Shown piece after piece: positions 1-9,700 of a stretch of 64,000 bases of DNA; within the stretch, counting starts at the first letter, position 1; each line of letters starts with the position of its first letter. The stretch comes from a virus (Duplodnaviria > Caudoviricetes). The position numbers and the translations under genes were made by a program. The notes under the pieces are model-generated. The model saw only the letters and a program-made list of their open reading frames with translations, was not told the DNA's origin and did not search any database. The stretch spans positions 288,001-352,000 of the IMG/VR virus record IMGVR_UViG_3300037067_004891, one strand, 5' to 3'.

Positions 1-231
1 TTTAATTCAAAAACATATTCATTTCTAATAGGCTCTGACTAACAACATATTAAGTGATGGTTTTATTACTTTTATGATTTTATTTTAACTAAGTTTTTAG
101 TTGAAAAACAGACAAATCAAAGAACTTAAAATAAAAACATATTTTATATATTAAAATGTTTTGATTTTGTTTTAAATTTTTGAAATTCATTCACGAAACT
201 AAAGATTTCGTGGTATTCTTTTATAAAAAAT
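1..231 (-). mobile_element. Non-autonomous IS200/IS605 mini-element, left-end portion (truncated by the window start)
   Basis: Left-end hairpin CACGAAA-CTAAAGA-TTTCGTG at ~192-212 is near-identical to those at 12729, 22812, 52422 and 55091. ATAAA (TTTAT on the minus strand) flanks it at 232-236. It shares an internal leader with the 52078 and 55072 elements. Confidence 0.75.
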
Positions 232-295
232 ATAAAAAAGTTTAAAAAAAAACTTTATATTATATGTTAAAAAAATAAAGTCCAAAAAATATTTT

Positions 296-304
296 TAATA
301 TATA
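296..304 (+). promoter_or_regulatory. Putative phage promoter motif TAATATATA (representative copy)
   Basis: The motif lies in the upstream intergenic region of many genes, usually ~10-45 nt before the start: 4168, 10199, 26210, 34663, 52572, 55449 and 57390 on +; 15439, 46931 and 51138 on -. It resembles the T4 late promoter TATAAATA. The AT-rich background lowers certainty. Confidence 0.55.
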
Positions 305-328
305 GTAAAAATAAAATAATAAAATAAT

Positions 329-757
329 ATGAAAACATTGAAAAATTTTATAAAATTTAATGAATCTTTGCATAATGATTTATTAAATATTACAACTCCA
401 ATTAATAAATATAATACAGAAAACAAAGAATTAATAACAAAATTACAATATACTATTACTTGTGCAGAAAAATATAAACATTCTTTTTTCTGGCACTCAT
501 CTACATCAGCTTCCCAAAGAAGATCAAACGAAAACAAATTTACCGATTTATATAAAGATTATGAATTTAAATATAATGGAGATAATTATGAAGTGAAATT
601 TAGTTATAGCGAATCAGCACACAACGTTTATTTTTCATTAAATATTTATAAAAACGGTAGTAAAAGTAATATAACAGTAATTAAAAATATATTAAAAAAA
701 CTCACAGACCTTAAAGAAATAAGAAAAGAAAAAATTAAATCTTTAGAGAAAAAATAA
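329..757 (+). CDS. Hypothetical phage protein with an N-terminal CTS-like motif and a C-terminal RKEKI motif
   Basis: 142-aa ORF after TAATATATA; starts MKTLKNFIKFNES. Confidence 0.7.
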   Translation: MKTLKNFIKFNESLHNDLLNITTPINKYNTENKELITKLQYTITCAEKYKHSFFWHSSTSASQRRSNENKFTDLYKDYEFKYNGDNYEVKFSYSESAHNVYFSLNIYKNGSKSNITVIKNILKKLTDLKEIRKEKIKSLEKK

Positions 758-766
758 TTTTTTATT

Positions 767-1237
767 TCATTTATAATTTTCATCTTGAATAATACCATAT
801 TTATGAAAATATCTCAGTGGTCTCCATTTATGTCCATTAACATAAAACCCCCATTTATGATAAGGACGACTACAAAGTAATATAGTCCATGCACCACCTT
901 TAGGAATGTCAAGATAATGCTTTTGTTCAGCTTTCATCCTACGAGGTTTCCACGCAACCGCTTTATATCTTACTGGGTTTCCGTTTTCATCGGGCATCAC
1001 ATTATAATAATAACCCTTTATAATAATTGATATTAAATCACAGGAATGGTCATGAAAAAATCTTCTGTCATCTGATCTGAGCCAATGATGAAGTCTGATA
1101 GTAAAACCAAAAAATATTAAAGACCAGCGATATAAATAAGGACACTCTGGACGACCCAAAGCCTCTTTTATTCTTATCTGGAAAATCTTTCCAAATAGAT
1201 GTTTTTCGTGGTCTTTATATACTATTAGTTTTTTCAT
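767..1237 (-). CDS. Cupin-fold hypothetical protein
   Basis: RLHHW...FHDH...GYY...H...WT.L...WGF pattern typical of small phage cupin-like proteins. Confidence 0.55.
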   Translation of the reverse strand: MKKLIVYKDHEKHLFGKIFQIRIKEALGRPECPYLYRWSLIFFGFTIRLHHWLRSDDRRFFHDHSCDLISIIIKGYYYNVMPDENGNPVRYKAVAWKPRRMKAEQKHYLDIPKGGAWTILLCSRPYHKWGFYVNGHKWRPLRYFHKYGIIQDENYK

Positions 1238-1239
1238 TT

Positions 1240-1833
1240 TTAATTAATCTTCTTCATTTTTAATTTTTTCATTAATATAATAGTTTCTTCTTTTAATTTG
1301 TTGAATTTTTCTAATTCTTCTTCTGTTAAATTAAAATTAGATAAATCTATTTTTTGAGAAAATAATATATTCTCAATATCTGCTTGGTCTTGTTTACTAA
1401 ATCTACCTAATTTAGAAAAAATTAAACCTTCTGGTGATGCAACACAAATGTTATTATTTTTAATGGCGGTTTTAAAAATCTGTTTTGCTAAATCATCTCT
1501 AAGATTTATGGATTGTGGTGTAATAACTTCAACTTCAACATGAGTCTTATTATGCTGAAATGCACCATTCCGAGTTTTTTTAAATCCCTTTAATGATAAT
1601 GGTATATCATTTTTTGTTAAAAATAACATATCAACATCTTGTGTCATTCGAGGTGTAACATAATATGATAATGCAATGCCACCAATTAATACACAGTTAT
1701 CCACATTAAGTGTTATCCAATCTTCTAAAGCTTTAATAACTTCAACATGAACTATTGATTCAAATAATGTTCTATTACCATCATTTGGTGTTTTCATTTT
1801 ATCAATCCTAAATTTATTATATTCAGTTATCAT
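1240..1833 (-). CDS. Pol-beta-fold nucleotidyltransferase (DUF6036/AbiEii-like)
   Basis: IGGIAL...PRMTQDVD motif, plus C-terminal K..R..QD..DI. Confidence 0.75.
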   Translation of the reverse strand: MITEYNKFRIDKMKTPNDGNRTLFESIVHVEVIKALEDWITLNVDNCVLIGGIALSYYVTPRMTQDVDMLFLTKNDIPLSLKGFKKTRNGAFQHNKTHVEVEVITPQSINLRDDLAKQIFKTAIKNNNICVASPEGLIFSKLGRFSKQDQADIENILFSQKIDLSNFNLTEEELEKFNKLKEETIILMKKLKMKKIN

Positions 1834-1843
1834 ATGGGTTTTT

Positions 1844-2389
1844 TCATTTAATAATTTTAATAATCATAAATGGTTGTGACTTATATTCCTCAACAAAAGA
1901 ATAATCAGTCAACATTTTCAGATAATAATTTTTATCTTCTAACCATTTTCTGAATCGAACCTGATGTTCCGAATTCTTAATTGTCCATGTTGGGTGTGTC
2001 AAAGAAACTATACTACCACCGACCTTCAAAAATTTATACATATGCATGATGTGTTCAACATCAATATTATCCTTAAAATTCGGACAAGCAATAATATAAT
2101 CATAACGTTTTTCAGTGACAAATTTAAAAAAATCCTCACCAACAACATTATAACCTTTTTGTTTTAATTGATTTCTTAATTCCTGATTTAATTCGATACA
2201 ATCGATGTTAAAGTCGTAAAATGTATTATATTGGATTATACCATCGATTAAATCACCAGAACCAGCAGAGGGTTCTAAAATAGATATACAGTCAAAACCA
2301 CCAGAAAAACGACATTCGTTGAGAATTTGCTTCACAACATTTATACTCGTTTTTCTGATGGTTTTTTCCATATCTTTATTATTAAACAT
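1844..2389 (-). CDS. SAM-dependent methyltransferase with an atypical catalytic motif
   Basis: ILEPSAGSG motif I, CIELN and GEDF are present; the expected NPPF reads CPNF. Confidence 0.75.
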   Translation of the reverse strand: MFNNKDMEKTIRKTSINVVKQILNECRFSGGFDCISILEPSAGSGDLIDGIIQYNTFYDFNIDCIELNQELRNQLKQKGYNVVGEDFFKFVTEKRYDYIIACPNFKDNIDVEHIMHMYKFLKVGGSIVSLTHPTWTIKNSEHQVRFRKWLEDKNYYLKMLTDYSFVEEYKSQPFMIIKIIK

Positions 2390-2449
2390 TTAGTCAATCA
2401 TTTGATTGTGCAGTAATCACCACGAGCAGGTAGTTTAACTTTGATTACT

Positions 2450-2637
2450 TCAGTTTGGGACGAGTCGAACATCCGACCTCACACAAGTAACATCTGAAAT
2501 AACCACCTTACATATTCTGGGATTTGTCCGTGTCAATTACTCACCAACTCCACCCTTAATAATATAATTAGGCTATTTCATCTGTCCAATCCGCTAAGAC
2601 TGATGTGTGCGCTCTGAACCAACTGAGCTACAAACCG
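2450..2637 (-). tRNA. tRNA-like RNA (Ile-like body) with a 120-nt insert in the anticodon loop; no encoded CCA
   Basis: Acceptor stem CGGTTTG/CAAACTG, D-arm GCTC-AGTTGGTTCA-GAGC, anticodon stem CACAC/GTGTG, variable loop AGGTC, T-arm GGATG-TTCGACT-CGTCC. The insert spans 2485-2604. Confidence 0.8.
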
Positions 2638-2753
2638 TTTTTACAAAATTTAAAAGAACTTTATTTTTTGTTATTGTTACGTAAAGTAATTTTTAAAGTT
2701 TCAAAAATAATCATTAAAATATTATAAAAAAATTATTTAACATATTTTAATAA

Positions 2754-3107
2754 TTATTCGAAATAAACTCTATCATTCCATACCACACTTCTGTGTTTAC
2801 ATTTAAGACCAGAATATAAACATCTTGGAATTTCATCATCTCTTGTAAAAGTCAATAATCTCATCGGATTATCTGCATATTCACCACACTTTGAACAATG
2901 AACACCAGATAATATTACACCAGATGCATCTTTACGACCATCTTTTAATACAATCCAACAACTATTATCACCTTCATAATATGTAGTATAATATACATTT
3001 ATATCATGTTTCCCATCCAATGACTTTTCGGTTGCTTTATGGTTTGTTTTAGATGGGTCTGGTGTAGTTAGGAATAATAAAAAAAATATACTTATAATAA
3101 TTTTCAT
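2754..3107 (-). CDS. Hypothetical exported protein
   Basis: Hydrophobic signal-like N-terminus and a CxxC-containing body. Confidence 0.55.
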   Translation of the reverse strand: MKIIISIFFLLFLTTPDPSKTNHKATEKSLDGKHDINVYYTTYYEGDNSCWIVLKDGRKDASGVILSGVHCSKCGEYADNPMRLLTFTRDDEIPRCLYSGLKCKHRSVVWNDRVYFE

Positions 3108-3134
3108 AATTAAATTTTATTTTTTAAGAATTTA

Positions 3135-3464
3135 TTAACACCAACAGGACATATCATCAATTTTCGATAATAACGTTTTATCTTCAATGAGTGATATATC
3201 AAACCCTGTTAATGATCGTAAATCGAATTTAGGGTCTCTATCAAATTTTGTTGCCCAATAACCAACTTCGTTAGCCTCAACCAGAAGTTTATTATCATCA
3301 GTTATTTGAATATTTTCCACATTAAAATAATGAGTTTTAGTTTCAAAAACGACTTTAACTTTGTTATCTCTAATAACATTATCATCCGTAATAAATGTTA
3401 TAACAGTACCTAATATTTTCTGAATACTGGTCGTTTTAATTTTACCTATTAGTTTTTCTTCCAT
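3135..3464 (-). CDS. Hypothetical protein
   Basis: 109-aa ORF in a co-oriented cluster. Confidence 0.6.
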   Translation of the reverse strand: MEEKLIGKIKTTSIQKILGTVITFITDDNVIRDNKVKVVFETKTHYFNVENIQITDDNKLLVEANEVGYWATKFDRDPKFDLRSLTGFDISLIEDKTLLSKIDDMSCWC

Positions 3465-3485
3465 GATATATTTATTATTTAAAAA

Positions 3486-3785
3486 TTAGTCTCTTAACCA
3501 CGCATAAACACCTTTCATTTGATATGAATCAGATTCTGGTGTTTGATTATCAACATCTGAAAATAAAAATTTAAATCCTTTATGTCTACTTGAATTTAAA
3601 ATTTCATCTATTTTAATAGTTTCCAATGGAACTCCTACTGATTTAGCAAATTGCACGGATACTTTATAGGCATCAATAATATTAACAGCACCACCACCAA
3701 AATATCCCAATACCCAAATATTTTTCTTTGTCTCAGTATCATAATATTTATTGAAATCCCCGTGTGTTCTAATATTATATGACAT
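3486..3785 (-). CDS. Hypothetical protein
   Basis: 99-aa ORF in a co-oriented cluster. Confidence 0.6.
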   Translation of the reverse strand: MSYNIRTHGDFNKYYDTETKKNIWVLGYFGGGAVNIIDAYKVSVQFAKSVGVPLETIKIDEILNSSRHKGFKFLFSDVDNQTPESDSYQMKGVYAWLRD

Positions 3786-3786
3786 A

Positions 3787-4116
3787 TTATTTTTTTGGGT
3801 AATTTATACGTAATATATTTCTAAAAAGTTGTATATAAAATTTTTTTCTGGTATCAACATTAGTAACAGGATAACTTTCAACAGTTATAATTTTTTTATT
3901 ATTCCAACAATCATTATCCATTTTTGTCCAGACCACACATATTCGAGAATTTCGTGTATCATTACACAAATTGAAACATTTCCACGTTCCACCATATATT
4001 TTTCGATACCATTTTTTATTAACTTTTGATGATTTCCAATATAAATTTTCTTGTTTTCGTAATAAATCAATATCTTCAACTGTTAATAAATTTGTTTTTT
4101 CGAGTTTGGTGTTCAT
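3787..4116 (-). CDS. Hypothetical protein
   Basis: 109-aa ORF abutting the next gene. Confidence 0.55.
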   Translation of the reverse strand: MNTKLEKTNLLTVEDIDLLRKQENLYWKSSKVNKKWYRKIYGGTWKCFNLCNDTRNSRICVVWTKMDNDCWNNKKIITVESYPVTNVDTRKKFYIQLFRNILRINYPKK

Positions 4117-4195
4117 TTAATTTTATTTAAAACTGGGATAAAAATAATAAAAAAATATTAATTTTATTAATATATACAAAAAAATAATTGTTTAT

Positions 4196-4564
4196 ATGAA
4201 ACATTTAAAATTATTCGAAGAATTTCAAATACATAATAGTGATAATACATCAAAGTTACAGATTGGTGATTTGGTTTGGGCAAAAGACATGGGTATGCGT
4301 GGTTTAGTAGGTTTAGTAGTTTCCGAACCAAGACAAGATGCAGATGATATTACAGTATATGACATATATTATAGAGGTTTAAAAGGTGATGTTATTGAAA
4401 CTCCAGAAGTTGAAATTAAAGATATTATTGAAGCTGATGAATTATTCAATGCTGAAAGTAATGGTGATTTAATGCATTATCCAAATATCGCTAAAAAACT
4501 AAATATTACAATCAATCCAAAATATCAGCAATATCTTACTGATGTTCAAGAAGAAAATATGTAA
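4196..4564 (+). CDS. Hypothetical protein with an N-terminal CTS-like motif
   Basis: Starts MKHLKLFEEF; TAATATATA at 4168; contains an SH3/KOW-like GDLVW segment. Confidence 0.7.
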   Translation: MKHLKLFEEFQIHNSDNTSKLQIGDLVWAKDMGMRGLVGLVVSEPRQDADDITVYDIYYRGLKGDVIETPEVEIKDIIEADELFNAESNGDLMHYPNIAKKLNITINPKYQQYLTDVQEENM

Positions 4565-4567
4565 TTT

Positions 4568-4801
4568 ATGAGAAAATATATAAAAACATTCGAATCATTA
4601 ACAGACGATAGTTCTCGTTTTGAACTTGGAACACCTGTTGTCTATACCGTAGAAACTGGATACCCATTAAGATTACAAGAATTATCGGGTGAGATAGTTA
4701 AAGAAAATGGTATAAAAGGAATATCCTTATATTTACAAGCCGATCAACACTCTTTTATCGTACCCGATGATTGGTCAAAAGTTAAAAAGTTTTCTGAATA
4801 A
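4568..4801 (+). CDS. Hypothetical protein with an N-terminal CTS-like motif
   Basis: Starts MRKYIKTFES. Confidence 0.65.
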   Translation: MRKYIKTFESLTDDSSRFELGTPVVYTVETGYPLRLQELSGEIVKENGIKGISLYLQADQHSFIVPDDWSKVKKFSE

Positions 4802-4829
4802 AAAAGGCGTGAAATTCACGCCTTTTTTT
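4801..4829. terminator. Bidirectional intrinsic terminator
   Basis: AAAAAGGCGTGAA-A-TTCACGCCTTTTTTT between convergent genes. Confidence 0.8.
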
Positions 4830-4843
4830 AATTATTGATTTTA

Positions 4844-5215
4844 TTAAAAAGCAATATTATACTTTTTTAACTCACCAATTTTAGAATTTTCAATTTTCTG
4901 ACCTATTGGCGTTTTAAAAAATAAATGTGAACCAACCACAATAATGTCTTTATCACAAAATTTATTATCAGGGTGTGAAATAATTATTTCATCCCGAACA
5001 CCATTAGTGTATAATCTAACTCTTACAGATTTAGGATTAATCTTAACATAAGGATTAACACCAAAAACTGATAAAACCACACCATCATCAAACTGATAAT
5101 ATTGTTTCTCCATAAGAGCAAGAAGAAAGGTTAGTAACTTGGTTATTGCGATTTGCGAATAACCGTTTTCGCTTAGATACGAGCGAAGTGAGAACAAATT
5201 TGTTCTATCATTCAT
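4844..5215 (-). CDS. Hypothetical protein
   Basis: 123-aa ORF. Confidence 0.6.
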   Translation of the reverse strand: MNDRTNLFSLRSYLSENGYSQIAITKLLTFLLALMEKQYYQFDDGVVLSVFGVNPYVKINPKSVRVRLYTNGVRDEIIISHPDNKFCDKDIIVVGSHLFFKTPIGQKIENSKIGELKKYNIAF

Positions 5216-5298
5216 GTTTTTACTTTTTAAGGGTAGTAATACCCAGTTAATACCAGCTTATACTAATATTTGAGAATGTGAAAATATGAAAAATAAAT

Positions 5299-6732
5299 TT
5301 AATATCCTAATTTTTTAATATTATTTTTAAATTCTTCTTCTATTTTATTTCCTTTTGAACTATTTAAATATTTTTTAGTCCAACATAAATTATTCGGATT
5401 AGATGCTTCCTCTATACTAATACCTTCTATAAAACATTCAAATAAAGATTTTTTATGGTCAATAGTTGGATATAATTTACTTGTAGGGTGAAATGAAAAA
5501 TTATTTTTGATGTAATAATCATCATAATAATCATATCCGTCCCAATCGTTTATTAGTTGTTTTTTAATTTTCTTAATATACGTATTGTTCGAATTTCTAT
5601 ATTTTCTAAATTTTGATATATTTTCTTCCAATACCCAAACGTTGTTTAATTCATTTGTTTTTCTTATCTTATTTTTTATTTCCACAGATTGAAATGGGTT
5701 TTTAAAACCAAATTTTTCTATATTAGTTTTAATCCTTTTTATATCACCACATTTTTTACAACCACAACCACGTAGATGAATATTAGAAGATTGTTTAAAT
5801 TTTCCATGTATTGGGCATATAATAACACTTTTGGTAGTATTGTTTATATAAATAAATTCAGAATAATCATAAAAAACCCCATGAACTTTATTTGAGTTTA
5901 ATTTAAAATCTTCATAAGTTAATACACACCCAGCGCATTTTGGACAATTTGTGTTTTGATTTATAAAATTATCATAAGTTGCTATCCATTCATACCCATC
6001 AATATCACATTTTAAATATATTTTTGAATCAACATTTTCATGAATATACGGATATAATAAAGTATACTTTTTTTCTTTACATTTATTGTAAATTTTCATA
6101 TTTGTATATTCAGATGATAATTTTAACTTACCGCCACATTTTGGACAACCCTGTTTTAAATTTATAAAATTATCATAAGATATATTCCATTCATATCCAT
6201 CAATATCACATTTTAAATAAATTCTTGAATCAATATTTTCATGAATATATGGCTGTAATAATGTATAATTTTTTTCTTTACATTTAGTTAAAATTTTAAG
6301 TTCAGTTTCTTCTTGTGTTAATTTTAATTTACCACTGCATTTATGACAATTTCTATCTTTATTTATAAAATTTTTATAACTTGAAACCCATTCATATTCA
6401 TCAATATCGCATTTTAAATATATTTTTGAATCAACATTTTCATGAATATATGGCTGTAATAATGTATAATTTTTTTCTTTACATTTAGTTAAAATTTTTC
6501 CTTCTGCTACTTCCTGTGTCAACTTTAACGAACCACCACACTTTGGACACCCAACATTTCTCATAAAATTTTTATAAGATATATTCCATTCATACCCATC
6601 AATTTTACATTTTAAATTTATTCTCGAATTCCCATTATCATGAAAATATGGTTTTAATAAAATATAATTTTTTTCTTTACATTTATTTAAAACATTTACT
6701 TCTGCTACTTCTTGTAATATTTTTGATGGCAT
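5299..6732 (-). CDS. Homing-endonuclease-like protein with ~67-aa zinc-ribbon repeats and a C-terminal HNH-like domain
   Basis: Four KC.IDGYEW...CPKC repeats, a CPIHG unit and TIDH...NL...NSSKGNK; lies directly downstream of the topoisomerase. Confidence 0.7.
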   Translation of the reverse strand: MPSKILQEVAEVNVLNKCKEKNYILLKPYFHDNGNSRINLKCKIDGYEWNISYKNFMRNVGCPKCGGSLKLTQEVAEGKILTKCKEKNYTLLQPYIHENVDSKIYLKCDIDEYEWVSSYKNFINKDRNCHKCSGKLKLTQEETELKILTKCKEKNYTLLQPYIHENIDSRIYLKCDIDGYEWNISYDNFINLKQGCPKCGGKLKLSSEYTNMKIYNKCKEKKYTLLYPYIHENVDSKIYLKCDIDGYEWIATYDNFINQNTNCPKCAGCVLTYEDFKLNSNKVHGVFYDYSEFIYINNTTKSVIICPIHGKFKQSSNIHLRGCGCKKCGDIKRIKTNIEKFGFKNPFQSVEIKNKIRKTNELNNVWVLEENISKFRKYRNSNNTYIKKIKKQLINDWDGYDYYDDYYIKNNFSFHPTSKLYPTIDHKKSLFECFIEGISIEEASNPNNLCWTKKYLNSSKGNKIEEEFKNNIKKLGY

Positions 6733-6735
6733 TTA

Positions 6736-9700
6736 TTAATTTAATTTTTTAATTTCCCTTTTCAATTCTGATAAATCACCCAACCAAATTTCTTGTATAG
6801 TTTTTTTAGAATATTCTTCTAAATCTTTTAATTTATCCGATAATTGGTTTTTTAAATTATCATATTTTTCTTTAGATAGTGAATATATAACCATGTTTAA
6901 CAAGTAATCATAAGAATTATCTAACTTATCAAGCTTATTATTTTCACACTCTTGTTCAATATATTCTTTATTCTTATTAGATATCAAAATTTTATTATTA
7001 ATAATCAAATCAATAAAATTACATCTGTTTGTTAATATTTGGATATCCTTGTTTATTTTTCCAATTATATTCTGCCTACGTTGTTCATAAAAAGGTAAAC
7101 GGTTAATATAAAATTCATTAATTATATCATATACAGTATCATATTTTTTTATTTTACTATTTATATCAAATAAATGCATATTAGACATATTTATCCTCGA
7201 TGTTAATTGAAATAAATCATATAATTTATCATCTTTTATTGGATATTCTTTTGATAAATTGATTATTATATTAACGTCATCATCATTACATTTTTTAATA
7301 TAATTTTTAATGATTTTATTATCAATCAATTTATCTAAAAAATTATAGTAATTTTCATTCCAAGTACCAACTGGTAATTCAGTAATATTTAATTGATTAT
7401 CGTTAATTCTATTTATAATACCAGTTGTGATACAATTATCAACAGCTTCATCATATTGGATTTTACCTTTAAATTTATTATAAAAAGGTGTTAGGGTTAT
7501 ATTTTTTTTCTTATCTTTTAATTTATTTTCTAAATAAACAATCAAATCGTTTATATTAAATTTAGGTATAGTTGTTGAAAAACCCGTGCCTATCCCATTA
7601 CACCCGTTCACAAGTATTAAACATATACAAGGGATATAATATTGTGGTTCAACTATTTTACCATCCGATTCTAAATAATTTAAAAGTTCTTTATCAGAGT
7701 CTTTGAATATTGTTTTTGTTATTTGTCTTAATTCAGTATGAATATATCTTGCAGCAGCACTATCTTCACCACCATGTAACCGTGTTCCAAAACTACCAAT
7801 AGGTTCTATTAATGGCAAATTATTCGAACCCACGAAATCTTGCGCCATAGTTATTATAGCTTCTTCTAATGATTGTGGGCCATGATTGTAAATAGCAATG
7901 GACTTAACATACCCAAATAATTCTCCAACATTAATTTCACCACTTTTGTTTAATTTTAATAATGTGTATAATATTTTTCTTTGACTGGGTTTCAAACCAT
8001 CCATAATATTAGGAACGTTACGCACAACATCAAAAAGAGAATATTCTATAAATTCATTATTCATAAAACTTTCATAAGTGGTCTTTTGGGATAACTTATC
8101 AAAATTATTGTTGATATCATATTCACCCATCCATTTTTTTCTATCGTCAGCCCTGTTTTTTCTAAAAGCTAAATCAATTACATCTTTTGTTTTTTCTGGA
8201 TTAGTATAATGAAATTTAATTAAATGTTTATCTATATTTTCAAAAACCATTTTAACTTCATCCTTACTAAGAGTACCCAAACCTTTAAAATGTTTTATAG
8301 TATAACCCGTTAAATCATTAGTATCTTTCCATTTATCATAATCTTTTATTTTATAAAAATACTTATGCTTGCCATTTTTTGTTATTCTTAATATAGGGGT
8401 TATAAACTCATACATAAAATTATTCAATAGAGAAGGAAAGAACATTTCTATGTAATTTAAAATCAAACCTTTGATGTGATACCCATCACAATCGGCATCC
8501 GTCATTAATACCAGTTTACCATACCTTAATGACGAAGTATCAGTATATTTTTTACCATATTCCAATCCCAATATTTGTGCTATATTAGAAAGTTCTTCGT
8601 TTTGTTTTAATTTTGAAATAGATATATCACGAACATTTATCGGCTTTCCTTTTATTGGAAAAGACCCATAGTAATCTCTACCTGTATATTTAAACCCAGA
8701 TACTGCAAAACTTGATGCACTATCACCTTCAGTAATAAATAGAAAACATTTATCTGATTCTTTTGTGCCAGCTTTATTAGCATCTACTAATTTTTGAACT
8801 TTTGGTGTTTTATTATTTTTATTCTGAACTGATTTTTTTAAAGCTAATTGTTCTTTAAGTTCAATATAATCTAAAATTTCCTGAGTAATATCAGATTTCA
8901 GTATTTTCTTAATAAAATTATCAGAAATTTCAACGTCTTTAAAAGTTGACACTTTTGTATTTAATATTTCTTTAACCTGACTATCAAATTCTGGATTAAA
9001 AATTTTTGAATTTAAAAATAAAAATATTTTTGACTTAATATCATTAGGGTTTATTTCAAACTTATTTCCTCTTGAAAGAGAAACTTTTAATTTACTTGTA
9101 ATTTGATTTATAATATAATTAACATGTGTTCCCCCTTGTAAGGTTGCTAATCCATTAACTAATGAAATTTGTTCGAATGAATCAGTTGATGTTTTCATAA
9201 TACCAACTTCCCAGAAATCATTTATTTTTTCATAAATAATTTCTTGATCATCTGGCATGAACAATTTCATATAATCTTTAAAAGTTTTAATATTAATCAA
9301 GTTATTATTAAAATATACTTTGACATTCGGATTATAAGCAGCTATATCAATGGTTCTTTTTATCATTACGGATTTGATATCATCAGTTAATTCAGTGAAC
9401 CCAAACCGTTCATAATCTGGTAAAAAAGATATTTTGGTAAACTTCTTAGAAGTTGCTCTGATATGAGGTTTTGGTAATTTACCCTTTTTATCTGTTGATA
9501 AATTATCGGTGAATACTTGTTTATAATAATTTTTTCCATCGGCAGTTTCAACCATGAACTCTTTGGAGAATATATTACATGCCTTAGAACCAATTCCATT
9601 ACGCCCACCCCCAATACGTTGTTCTGTATCATCATAATTTTCGCCAGTTAAAAGATGACCAAAAATTAATTCAGGAACATATACTTTTTCGTCCTTATGT

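Noticed and set aside
2397-2637. tmRNA
   Set aside because: The RNA has a full D-stem, no CCA and no tag frame ending in ALAA-like residues.
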